Below, one piece after another: positions 54,883-63,291 of a DNA stretch of 64,000 bases. The translations under genes were made by a program, and so were the position numbers. This stretch comes from Bacteroidales bacterium. Lineage in GTDB: Bacteria; Bacteroidota; Bacteroidia; Bacteroidales; WCHB1-69. How positions within the stretch are numbered: position 1 is the stretch's first letter; each line of letters starts with the position of its first letter. Under the pieces are notes generated by a model. It did no database searches. It saw only the letters and a program-made list of their open reading frames with translations, and was not told the DNA's origin. Location of the stretch: positions 21,390-85,389 of the forward strand of contig JAEEQA010000002.1 in the NCBI GenBank assembly GCA_016285085.1, written 5' to 3'.

Positions 54883-56304
54883 ATGAAAGACTATCTGAAA
54901 GAACTCCGCAATCCTATCTACGAATTTGTGGGCGAAGTGGCCGAACAAACCGGCGTTTCCGCCTACGCGGTCGGCGGTGTGGTGCGCGACATGCTCCTGC
55001 ACCGGGAGTCAAAGGATATCGACATCGTGGTCGTCGGCAGCGGCATCGAGTTGGCCAAGGCGGTGGCCCGCAAACTCTCCCCAAAACTGAAAGTGAACGT
55101 TTACAAAAACTTTGGAACGGCGCAGTTTACTTGGAAAGAGGAACTTGTGGAGTTTGTGGGCGCCCGCCGTGAGTCGTACGACCGCAACTCCCGCAAGCCG
55201 CATGTGGAGGACGGCACGTTGGAGGATGATCTCAGCCGCCGCGACTTCACCGTCAATGCCCTTGCCGTCGCCCTCAACGGTCCCGAAAAAGGACAGATCA
55301 TCGACCGTTTCAATGGGTTGGAGGACCTTGACAACAAGCTGATACGCACACCATTAGACCCCGACATCACTTTTTCTGACGACCCGCTCCGAATGCTGCG
55401 TGCCATCCGGTTTGCTTCGCAGTTGAGGTTTCAAATCGTGCCGGAAACCTACGAGGCCATCGTCCGCAACGCCTACCGCTTGGAAATCATCTCCAAGGAA
55501 CGCATCGCCGACGAGATGAACAAGATTCTGCTCTCGCCGCAACCCTCCATCGGCATCAAGCTGCTGGAGGAGTCGGGGCTGTTGAAGCTCTTTCTCCCGG
55601 AACTTGTTGATTTGAAAGGTATTGAAAAGCGGGGAGAACACGGGCACAAGGACAATTTCCTGCACACCCTCGAAGTGGTGGACAAGGTGGCGATGGTGAG
55701 CAACAACCTGTGGCTGCTGTGGGCGGCGCTCTTGCACGACATCGCCAAGCCCCGCACCAAACGGTACGACCCGAAGGTGGGCTGGACCTTCCACGGGCAC
55801 GAGTTCATCGGTTCAAAGATGGTGCCGGAAATTTTTAAGGCCATGAAATTGCCCTGCAACGAGAAGATGAAGTATGTCCAAAAGTTGGTGGGGTTGCATC
55901 TTCGTCCGCAAGCCCTTGTGGATGAAAGTATTACTGATTCGGCGGTGCGGCGTCTGCTTTTCGAGGCGGGCGACGATGTGGACGACCTGATGTTGCTTTG
56001 CGAGGCCGACATCACCTCGAAAAATATGGCAAAGGTGAAAAAGTACCTCGACAACTTCGCCATCGTGCGGCAGAAGTTCGTTGAAATCGAGGAGAAGGAC
56101 AAGATCCGCAACTGGAGGCCTCCGATTGACGGAGAGTTGATTATGAAAACCTTCAACCTGCGGCCATCACGCGAAGTCGGCATCATCAAGGATGCGGTCT
56201 GCAACGCCATTCTGGACGGACTCATCGGCAACAATTACGAGGAGGCGTACCAGAAAATGCTTGAGGAGGGAGAAAAACTTGGTTTTAAGGTGGTTACTGC
56301 GTAG
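54883..56304 (+). CDS. CCA-adding enzyme / poly(A) polymerase-family tRNA nucleotidyltransferase with HD domain
   Basis: 473 aa. AVGGVVRDMLLHRESKDIDIVVVG, RRDFTVNALA, HD region LLHDIAKP. Confidence 0.85.
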   Translation: MKDYLKELRNPIYEFVGEVAEQTGVSAYAVGGVVRDMLLHRESKDIDIVVVGSGIELAKAVARKLSPKLKVNVYKNFGTAQFTWKEELVEFVGARRESYDRNSRKPHVEDGTLEDDLSRRDFTVNALAVALNGPEKGQIIDRFNGLEDLDNKLIRTPLDPDITFSDDPLRMLRAIRFASQLRFQIVPETYEAIVRNAYRLEIISKERIADEMNKILLSPQPSIGIKLLEESGLLKLFLPELVDLKGIEKRGEHGHKDNFLHTLEVVDKVAMVSNNLWLLWAALLHDIAKPRTKRYDPKVGWTFHGHEFIGSKMVPEIFKAMKLPCNEKMKYVQKLVGLHLRPQALVDESITDSAVRRLLFEAGDDVDDLMLLCEADITSKNMAKVKKYLDNFAIVRQKFVEIEEKDKIRNWRPPIDGELIMKTFNLRPSREVGIIKDAVCNAILDGLIGNNYEEAYQKMLEEGEKLGFKVVTA

Positions 56305-56647
56305 GAAGCTGTGATTTTTTCTCATCAATCTGAGACTTCGCCCGTTTCATGATATCCTCCATCCGTTTTTTGTCTGAAAAATAATAGGTTAATGAGGACT
56401 GATAACGGGGTATAGTAATATTGTATTTTTCAAGAAGTTGTGCATAGAGCGCCCGTGTCAGGGTGTCTTTGTTGTACTGCGGCGGCGCATTGAAAACAAG
56501 TGACTCTACAATCAGTTGGTCGGCAACTATCTGCACTATTGTATCTTTTCCGATGAGGTCGGCGGGGGGCTTCACGACTGGCTTGGACGAGCAGGCGGCC
56601 AGGAAAAGCAGGGGCAAGAATAGGAAAATACGGGCTGTTTTTTTCAC
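56294..56647 (-). CDS. DUF4296-like lipoprotein
   Basis: 117 aa. GTG start 5 nt after a -7 box. Lipobox LFLAAC. Confidence 0.5.
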   Translation of the reverse strand: MKKTARIFLFLPLLFLAACSSKPVVKPPADLIGKDTIVQIVADQLIVESLVFNAPPQYNKDTLTRALYAQLLEKYNITIPRYQSSLTYYFSDKKRMEDIMKRAKSQIDEKKSQLPTQ

Positions 56648-56652
56648 GGCGG

Positions 56653-56660
56653 CAAAAGTA
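56653..56660 (-). promoter_or_regulatory. -7 box TACTTTTG (DUF4296 gene, near-leaderless)
   Basis: TAnnTTTGCCGCC, only 5 nt before the GTG start at 56647. Confidence 0.45.
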
Positions 56661-56666
56661 CGAATA

Positions 56667-56701
56667 AATTGAAAACTGAAAATTGAAAACTGAAAGTTTG
56701 A
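56667..56701 (+). repeat. heptad array AAATTGA AAACTGA AAATTGA AAACTGA AAGTTTG
   Basis: Upstream of the minus-strand DUF4296 gene. The same words ACTGAAAATTGAAAAC open leader copies B and C. Confidence 0.75.
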
Positions 56702-56742
56702 GATGATCTGGTAGTCGGTCTGGGTGTTTTTTTTACGTTTTT

Positions 56743-56778
56743 AAAAAAAAAGCGGAACAGGTGGGTGTTCCGCTTTTC
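56743..56778 (-). terminator. rho-independent terminator after the small lipoprotein gene
   Basis: Hairpin GCGGAAC-aggtgggt-GTTCCGC, flanked by an A8 run (a T run on the minus strand) and by TTTT on the plus strand. Confidence 0.7.
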
Positions 56779-56797
56779 TTTCAATGCTTGGTTTCAA

Positions 56798-57013
56798 TTA
56801 CTTGCACTCGATGCCATTTTTACCGTTGCCATTATCGTAAATTGCAGTAACGGCATAGTCTGAACATTTCTTATCGGAATCTTTGTCAATTTTGTAGGTG
56901 TTGGTAGCTGTGACTTTGCCATCCTTGTAGGTTTTGCAAGTACACTCTTTGCTGCAGGAAGTGAGAGCGCCGACGAAAGCGATGCAAGCGATGATAACTA
57001 ATGCTTTTTTCAT
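56798..57013 (-). CDS. small Cys-containing lipoprotein, hypothetical
   Basis: 71 aa from MKKALVIIACIAFVGALTSC. The longer track ORF (to 57400) is antisense to the GAPDH gene start and crosses the promoter. Confidence 0.55.
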   Translation of the reverse strand: MKKALVIIACIAFVGALTSCSKECTCKTYKDGKVTATNTYKIDKDSDKKCSDYAVTAIYDNGNGKNGIECK

Positions 57014-57052
57014 GATTAAATTTTTTAAGGTTAATAAAATTGATTCACGCGG

Positions 57053-57060
57053 CAAAAGTA
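57053..57060 (-). promoter_or_regulatory. -7 box TACTTTTG (small lipoprotein 56798-57013)
   Basis: TAnnTTTGCCGCG, 40 nt before ATG 57013. Confidence 0.5.
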
Positions 57061-57126
57061 CACTTTTTTCAAATGTAAACAGATAGGTTTTTCTTGATTT
57101 TTCCTCAAAAATATGTGGAAATCGTG

Positions 57127-57134
57127 TAAATTTG
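57127..57134 (+). promoter_or_regulatory. -7 box TAAATTTG (GAPDH-like / dikinase-like operon)
   Basis: 72 nt before ATG 57206. Confidence 0.45.
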
Positions 57135-57205
57135 CAACTCTTTTCCAGAAACATTGGAAATATTATAACTATTTTATTCTCAATAAGATAAAAAAGCAAA
57201 GAAGT

Positions 57206-58213
57206 ATGACATCTGTAAAAATCGGAATCAACGGCTTTGGAAGAATCGGAAAGATGGTTTTCCGGTTGTTGGAAGGCCGCGAGGATTTTGTCGTCACCCA
57301 TATCAACGACAAGATGGACACGCGCCTGATGGCACATCTGTTGAAATACGACAGCATTCACGGGCGGTTCGGTGCGGAAATCGGCTTTGACGAATCGCAC
57401 ATCATCGTCAACGGACGGTCCATTCTCGTTACCAACTACCCGTCACCGGAGCAGATTCCGTGGGACACGACCGGTGTCACGTACGTCATCGACTCGTGCG
57501 GGAGGTTCAAGACCCGGCCGGCCTTGCAAGGCCACCTGCGCGGCGGAGTGAAGCGCGTCATCCTCAGCTGCCCTCCCGACGACGCCTCCATCGAGCGTAC
57601 CGTGGTGATGGGGGTCAACCACCTCACACTCAGACCTGAAGACGACATCATCTCCAACGCCTCCTGCACCACCAACTGTATTGCCGTGATGCTCAAGGTG
57701 GTGAACGACGAGTTCGGCATCCGCCGCGGCTTCATGAACACCGTCCACCCGATGACCAACAACCAGAACCTGCAGGACGGCTTCCACAGCGACTACCGCC
57801 GCGCACGCTCCGCCCTCGCCAACATCATCCCCACCACCTCGTCCGCCATCCGCGCCACGCAGCTGGTCATCCCGGAAATGAAGAACATTTTCGACGGTTT
57901 CGCCACCCGCGTGCCCGTCGCCGACTGCTCCTTCGTGGAACTCACCGCGGAGCTGCATCACGAAACCACCGCGCACGACATCCGCGAAACCTTCCGCCGC
58001 TACGCCGAAGGGCCGCTCAAAGGCTTCCTCGAATTCACCGACGACCCCATCGTCAGCAGCGACATCACCAACAACCCGCACTCCGCCATCTTCGACGCCA
58101 TCGCCACCAAAGTAATCGGCGGCAACTTCATCCAAATCCTCGGCTGGTACGACAACGAGTGCGGCTATTCATCCAGAATCATCGACCTTATTAAATACGT
58201 AGAAACCTTATGA
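57206..58213 (+). CDS. glyceraldehyde-3-phosphate dehydrogenase family protein (divergent paralog)
   Basis: 335 aa from MTSVKIGINGFGRIGK. LLKYDSIHGRF, catalytic SNASCTTNC, WYDNECGYSSR. The usual S-loop segment STGAAKAVGKV is replaced by TSSAIRATQLV. Confidence 0.85.
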   Translation: MTSVKIGINGFGRIGKMVFRLLEGREDFVVTHINDKMDTRLMAHLLKYDSIHGRFGAEIGFDESHIIVNGRSILVTNYPSPEQIPWDTTGVTYVIDSCGRFKTRPALQGHLRGGVKRVILSCPPDDASIERTVVMGVNHLTLRPEDDIISNASCTTNCIAVMLKVVNDEFGIRRGFMNTVHPMTNNQNLQDGFHSDYRRARSALANIIPTTSSAIRATQLVIPEMKNIFDGFATRVPVADCSFVELTAELHHETTAHDIRETFRRYAEGPLKGFLEFTDDPIVSSDITNNPHSAIFDAIATKVIGGNFIQILGWYDNECGYSSRIIDLIKYVETL

Positions 58214-61200
58214 CCAACGAAATAAACTCCAAAGCCTTAGAGGTCAACCTCAAAAACACGAATGTAGAATACGTCATTCCCGACGAACACCAGTGGTTCA
58301 TCAAACAGTCGGAAAACCAGTGGGGCTTGCACAAACGCGTGGTGGAATTCTTCACCGAGTACGACCACCCGATGTCGAACCGCACCGAAGTGGTGAAGGC
58401 GCTGCCCAACGTCACCATCAGCGACTTCTGGCTCTACAAGGAACTTCCTCTCGAAGACCAGAAACGCATCGTGGACATCGTCCTCGCCATCTACGACAAG
58501 CTGTTGAGCGAGAAGCTGCCCCACACCAAAGCCAAGGACCTCGTCACTTACTTCCTCCGCTTCATCGACAGCAACGACGGCGTGCTCAACGCCTGCGGCG
58601 ACGGGGTGAAACGGTGCATCCAGATTTTGGACAAATACTTGGATGACAATGCATTCAGCTATTATTGCCATATCGGTCAATTCAAGGTAAAACTGGCAAA
58701 GGCCGCCAACAACCCCGACACGGCGGACATCACCTTCAAGATGATGCAACGTTTGGTGAAGAGCCATATCCAATATTGGCGCGAAACCACCCAGATTATG
58801 CAGTGGTACGAAAGCCATAAGGCCAAAATGTCCCGTGATTATTCACAAGAACTTGAAACATTGGGGGATAAAATGTTTGATGAGTTTGTGGGATTGGCTG
58901 ACAATGCAAAAAGTTGGCAGGAACTCTGTGACAACGCTTTCACGTTCGGCGACATCATCAAGGCGTTCCAAAGCAAGATTTATGTCTTTGCACACACCTC
59001 CGAACAGTTCAGCTACATCTTCTACCTGCTGCATCTTCCCGGCACGGTCGATAACCATCCGCAGCTCTTGGTAGAACTGAACAAGGTGATCAAACACGTT
59101 AGCAATGAGAAAGATGAGGACCTTTGCATTGCCTCCATCGACAACCTGTTTGAGCAGTTTGCCGACTTCCGCGACAGCCATCTGAACCTCATCCTTGATT
59201 CCATTTTTGAATTGGGAAAGGAAATCATCCATACCGACAATCACCGTCTGATCCGTCATTTGGAGAAGAAAATCATTGATTTCGGCTTTGTTACGCCCGG
59301 CGTGAAGTACGTCACCAACGACTGGGAACTGAAGGTGAACCCGTGCCACATCAAGAATGTGCGGGTGTGGCTCGAACTGGTGGAGCTGGCGCCCGAAACG
59401 ATGCAGCGTCTTCTTTCCGCCCTCATCATCAACCTGCGGATCGGCGGCATCTTCGTTTTCGACACCGACTTCTTCCAGAAGGACATCACCAAACTGCTCA
59501 ACTCCGAAATCTCGCCTGTTTACAAACAGACCAAGCAGTTGGCCCGTATTTTCCCCGTCTATTTCAACGAAATCGGTGCGGAAGGGCAGCTCCGCGATGT
59601 CTCCACCAAGGTTGACGAGCTTTCGCACCGCAACGACAAACTGATTCATTTCCTCCGTAAGCAAATCCACACGGAAGGCAATAACTCCCACATACAGATT
59701 ACGTTGGATGTCATCAGTTTCTGGTACGACCGCAAGAAGGAGCGTCTGCACGAGATTCTTCCGCCCAATGTGTACGAACTGGTGGAAGACCACGGCATTT
59801 GGGTGGACGGTGTCCACGACTGCCTGCACAAGTTCTGTGAGTTTGCCAATGTTCCGTTGGAGGAACTCATTGAAATGAAGAAAGATAAGGTGGAGCAAAT
59901 CGGCCGCAAAATCAACCATCCCGACGAGATCGACGTGCAGCGTGTGTGCCTCATCATCGAGCTTTACCAGCTTTTGAAAGAGAAATACATCTTCGACTCC
60001 ACCAATATCATCAACATCATGCGGCGCAACAGCTTTGTGGAAACCGAAGATGTGAACACGTTGGAAGAGTTGCTGAAAGGGAAGGATACGGTGGCCACGT
60101 TGGAGCATATCTTCTCCATAATGAGAAAGTTGAACGAAATCATTTTTGATCCGAAGCCGAGCACGGGGTGGGAAAATGTGGTCTATAAACGGCACATTGC
60201 CTTCGGCATCCCGTCGATGTACGGCTACTACCGCGAGAACAAGTTCGACGCTTTGGGACTGATTTTCCGTCTGGAGCGAATTGTCACCGTGCTTGTTCAC
60301 GACCTCATCGAGAACATCAACACCAGCATCTTCACCCTCAAGGCCATCAAGGAGATCTGCAGCACCATCCAGCTGCTGTACGAAGGGCTGAAACTTGACG
60401 GTGTCAGCGACCAGGGGTTCGAGTCGAACCTCAAGATGCTCCAATATAGTTTGAACTCCGGCTGTTTCACTACCGAGCAGTATATCAATCTGTTCCAGTT
60501 TATGGGAAGCAGCTTGAACGAAATCATCAGCAACTATTTCATTCGTCCGTACGAGCCGCTGCTGAAGATCATCATCCCGCAATTGATGGAAGAGAACATA
60601 ACGGACAAGGTGGAGTTGAAGAAGATTCTGGCCCAAAAGTCGGAGGTGTTCTACCGCGAACTGCTCTCCTCCTCGTTCCTTATCCAGCAGGTGGACAACT
60701 TCATCGGTGAAATTCTGAACAACCTCCGCACGCAGGCCAACCTGCTGTCGCCGGAGGAGGCGCAGAACCTGATGACCTACGACCAAGAGCTGGCTATCAG
60801 TCCGTTGTACCAGGAAACGCCGGCGGTCGATAACAAAGTGTTCCTCGGCGCGAAGGCGTACTACCTGAAACGGCTGGTGCTGGGCGGCTACCCCGTCCCG
60901 CCGGGCTTCGTGGTGACCACCGAGGTGTTCCGCCGTATGAACGCCATCCTGAAGGTGGCGCCCATCAACCGCGAGTTGGATCGGATGATTAAGCGGCAAC
61001 TGACTGCCATCGAGAAGATTACGGGACAAGAGTTCGGCAATCCGAAGAACCCGCTGTTGCTGAGTGTCCGTTCCGGCTCTGCCATTTCCATGCCGGGTGC
61101 CATGAACACGTTCCTCAATGTCGGCATGAACGACGAAATCACGGAACAGCTCAGCAAGCAGGACAACTACGCATGGACCTCGTGGGATTGCTACCGCCGT

Positions 61201-62313
61201 CTGCTGCAGACGTGGGGCATGGCGCATGGCCTCGACCGTAACGACTTTGACCAGATCATCTTGAATTACAAGAAGAAATACAACGTAACGCAGAAAATCG
61301 GGTTCACGCCTGAGAACATGCGGGAGATTGCGTTCGCCTACAAGCAGTTCCTCACCGACAACGGTATCGCCTTCGAGAGTGACCCGTTCAAGCAGTTGAA
61401 GAAGGCCATCCTGTGCGTGTTTGAGTCGTGGAACTCGCCGCGTGCCAAGGTCTATCGCAGCCAGATGCACATTGCGGAAGAGTGGGGCACGGCAGCCACC
61501 ATCCAGAAGATGGTGCTGGGCAACATCCACCGCGAGTCCGGTTCCGGCGTGGTGTTCACTCGCGATGTGAAAGAGAACCGCGCCAACATCCGCCTCACCG
61601 GCGACTTCTCGTTCCTCAGCCAGGGCGAGGATATCGTGGGCGGCTTGGTCAACACGCTGCCTATCAGCGAGGCACAGCGGGAGACGGGCTATCAGAATTG
61701 TCCCTTCTCGTTGCAATCACAATACCCCGAGATTTACAACAAACTGTTGGAGGTGGCGAAGAACATGATCGAGAAGGATGGTTTCAGCCATCAGGAAATC
61801 GAGTTCACCTTTGAAACGGCGAAGGGCGAGGATCTGTACATCCTGCAAACCCGCAACATGGTGGTTTCCAACCAGACATCAGTGGAAACCTTCGGCGAAA
61901 AACCGGAAAACATGGACAAGGTTGGAACGGGTATCGGCATCGGCAACGGCGTGCTGAACGGCATCATCGTGTTCGACATGGACGACATCCGCAAGGTGCG
62001 CAACGGCGACGACCCGACGCAGCAGATTGTGCTGGTGCGTCCCGACACCGTGCCGGACGATATCGAGCTGATCATCGAGTGCGACGGCTTGCTGACGGCC
62101 CGTGGCGGCGCCACTTCCCACGCAGCCGTGACGGCGGCGGCACTCGGAAAAACCTGCGTAGTGAACTGCGAGGCCCTGCACGTCCACGAGAAGGAAAAGA
62201 GCTGCACCATCAACGGCGTTCCCTTCAAGGTGTTCGACCCTGTCGCCATCGACGGCCGCAACGGCATCATCTACAAGGGAAATTACTTGGTCGTGCTGGA
62301 CGACTTCAACTAA
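58210..62313 (+). CDS. orphan dikinase-like protein: ~800-aa unknown N-terminal region + PPDK-type ATP-grasp and phosphohistidine swivel domains, no PEP/pyruvate TIM-barrel
   Basis: 1367 aa. Its ATG overlaps the GAPDH stop (ATGA). The C-terminal third has PPDK N-terminal signatures: LSVRSGSAISMPGAMNTFLNVG, GTAATIQKMVLGN, GSGVVFTRD, SQGEDIVGG, EIEFTFE..LYILQTR, and the swivel-His motif TARGGATSHAAVTAAALGKTCV. The protein ends ~55 aa later. Confidence 0.8.
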   Translation: MTNEINSKALEVNLKNTNVEYVIPDEHQWFIKQSENQWGLHKRVVEFFTEYDHPMSNRTEVVKALPNVTISDFWLYKELPLEDQKRIVDIVLAIYDKLLSEKLPHTKAKDLVTYFLRFIDSNDGVLNACGDGVKRCIQILDKYLDDNAFSYYCHIGQFKVKLAKAANNPDTADITFKMMQRLVKSHIQYWRETTQIMQWYESHKAKMSRDYSQELETLGDKMFDEFVGLADNAKSWQELCDNAFTFGDIIKAFQSKIYVFAHTSEQFSYIFYLLHLPGTVDNHPQLLVELNKVIKHVSNEKDEDLCIASIDNLFEQFADFRDSHLNLILDSIFELGKEIIHTDNHRLIRHLEKKIIDFGFVTPGVKYVTNDWELKVNPCHIKNVRVWLELVELAPETMQRLLSALIINLRIGGIFVFDTDFFQKDITKLLNSEISPVYKQTKQLARIFPVYFNEIGAEGQLRDVSTKVDELSHRNDKLIHFLRKQIHTEGNNSHIQITLDVISFWYDRKKERLHEILPPNVYELVEDHGIWVDGVHDCLHKFCEFANVPLEELIEMKKDKVEQIGRKINHPDEIDVQRVCLIIELYQLLKEKYIFDSTNIINIMRRNSFVETEDVNTLEELLKGKDTVATLEHIFSIMRKLNEIIFDPKPSTGWENVVYKRHIAFGIPSMYGYYRENKFDALGLIFRLERIVTVLVHDLIENINTSIFTLKAIKEICSTIQLLYEGLKLDGVSDQGFESNLKMLQYSLNSGCFTTEQYINLFQFMGSSLNEIISNYFIRPYEPLLKIIIPQLMEENITDKVELKKILAQKSEVFYRELLSSSFLIQQVDNFIGEILNNLRTQANLLSPEEAQNLMTYDQELAISPLYQETPAVDNKVFLGAKAYYLKRLVLGGYPVPPGFVVTTEVFRRMNAILKVAPINRELDRMIKRQLTAIEKITGQEFGNPKNPLLLSVRSGSAISMPGAMNTFLNVGMNDEITEQLSKQDNYAWTSWDCYRRLLQTWGMAHGLDRNDFDQIILNYKKKYNVTQKIGFTPENMREIAFAYKQFLTDNGIAFESDPFKQLKKAILCVFESWNSPRAKVYRSQMHIAEEWGTAATIQKMVLGNIHRESGSGVVFTRDVKENRANIRLTGDFSFLSQGEDIVGGLVNTLPISEAQRETGYQNCPFSLQSQYPEIYNKLLEVAKNMIEKDGFSHQEIEFTFETAKGEDLYILQTRNMVVSNQTSVETFGEKPENMDKVGTGIGIGNGVLNGIIVFDMDDIRKVRNGDDPTQQIVLVRPDTVPDDIELIIECDGLLTARGGATSHAAVTAAALGKTCVVNCEALHVHEKEKSCTINGVPFKVFDPVAIDGRNGIIYKGNYLVVLDDFN

Positions 62314-62352
62314 GAACTAAGAGTTAAGAACCAAGAACTAAGAGTTAAGAGT
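62311..62352 (+). repeat. heptad array TAAGAAC TAAGAGT TAAGAAC CAAGAAC TAAGAGT TAAGAGT
   Basis: Starts exactly on the TAA stop of the 1367-aa gene. TTAAGAG is the reverse complement of the CTCTTAA unit at 53735. Confidence 0.85.
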
Positions 62353-62362
62353 GCTTGCATAA

Positions 62363-62818
62363 ATGACCGATAAACAGAAACAATACGAGCTGTTGTACAA
62401 GCAGCTGCTGGCTTTGGCGGAAGGCGAAAGCGATGAGGTGGCGTTGATGGCCAATGCGGCTGCGTTGCTGCACGATGCCTTCCATTTCTGGTGGACGGGG
62501 TTTTACCGTGTGGTGGGCGAGGAGCTGGTATTGGGGCCGTTCCAGGGACCGGTTGCATGTACCCGTATTCCGTTCGGCCGCGGGGTGTGCGGCACGGCGT
62601 GGAAGATGCGGCAAACCATCATCGTGCCCGATGTGGAGCAATTCCCGGGGCACATTGCCTGCAGCAGCGCCTCCCGCAGTGAAATCGTGGTGCCATTGTT
62701 CCGCGACGACCGTGTGGTCGCTGTTTTAGACATCGACAGCGAGCATCTCGCCACGTTCGACGAAACCGACCGGGTTGGTTTGGAAAAACTGGCGGGAATT
62801 TTAGGGGATAGTAAATAG
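62363..62818 (+). CDS. GAF-domain protein (free methionine-R-sulfoxide reductase / YebR-like)
   Basis: 151 aa. WTGFYRVVGEELVLGPFQGPVACTRIPFGRGVCGTAW...SEIVVPL. Confidence 0.8.
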   Translation: MTDKQKQYELLYKQLLALAEGESDEVALMANAAALLHDAFHFWWTGFYRVVGEELVLGPFQGPVACTRIPFGRGVCGTAWKMRQTIIVPDVEQFPGHIACSSASRSEIVVPLFRDDRVVAVLDIDSEHLATFDETDRVGLEKLAGILGDSK

Positions 62819-62873
62819 GGTATAGGGGTTAGGGGATAGTAATTAGTAGTTAGTAGTTAGTAATTAGGGGGTA
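62804..62873 (+). repeat. heptad array, 10 units (GGGGATA GTAAATA GGGTATA GGGGTTA GGGGATA GTAATTA GTAGTTA GTAGTTA GTAATTA GGGGGTA)
   Basis: Overlaps the last codons and the TAG stop (62816-62818) of the GAF gene. Confidence 0.85.
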
Positions 62874-63178
62874 GGAAAGGAGATAGGCAAAACGTTTCTT
62901 CTTTTTTTGATATTATGCCTTTTATCCATTTTCACAAAGGCACAGTCCTTTCTTTCATGGTTTGACTCCAATGTACGGAATGTGCAGTCGGACGGGCGGT
63001 TTTCTCCGAAATGCCGCCAAAATAATCCTCATGTGTCTGGTCTACATCATAATGAGATGTGAGCAAATCAAGTAATTAAGCATGATTCTACACCTATAAC
63101 ATATTGATTATTAGTATATTACCCCCTATTTTTGACAAAAAATTTATAGTAAACCCTTGGAAATCAGAATATAATATG

Positions 63179-63186
63179 TACTTTTG
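63179..63186 (+). promoter_or_regulatory. -7 box TACTTTTG (gene at 63292)
   Basis: TAnnTTTGCCGCG, ~105 nt before the ATG. Confidence 0.45.
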
Positions 63187-63291
63187 CCGCGTTGTGTTTT
63201 CTGTTTCTGTTCAAGGGACTTCGCAGAGGCGGAAAGTATAGCACACACAGAGAAAACAGAAGTCCTCTCTCAATCAAGAAGATAATCAATT

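Noticed and set aside
58843-61716. 957-aa ORF antisense to the dikinase-like gene. Similar long antisense ORFs occur at 37613-39184 (523 aa), 40981-42243 (420 aa), 39978-41021 (347 aa), 27706-28533 and 57443-58135.
   Set aside because: These ORFs are codon-aligned with the sense genes; for example, the 61714-61716 codon is in phase with the sense frame starting at 58210. In that phase an antisense stop requires a sense TTA, CTA or TCA codon, so the long open frames only show that these codons are avoided. The sense frames carry unambiguous conserved motifs (PPDK, RecN, Gmk, ThyA, MnmG, GAPDH). The antisense products are low-complexity R/L/V/G/H-rich sequence.
63187-63291. Possible structured 5' leader or riboswitch upstream of the 63292 gene (GGACTTC...GAAGTCC stem, T/C-rich and A/G-rich mirror segments).
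   Set aside because: There is only one 7-bp stem with a 35-nt loop. The flanking similar-looking segments are mirror repeats rather than inverted repeats and cannot pair. No known riboswitch core is recognisable.
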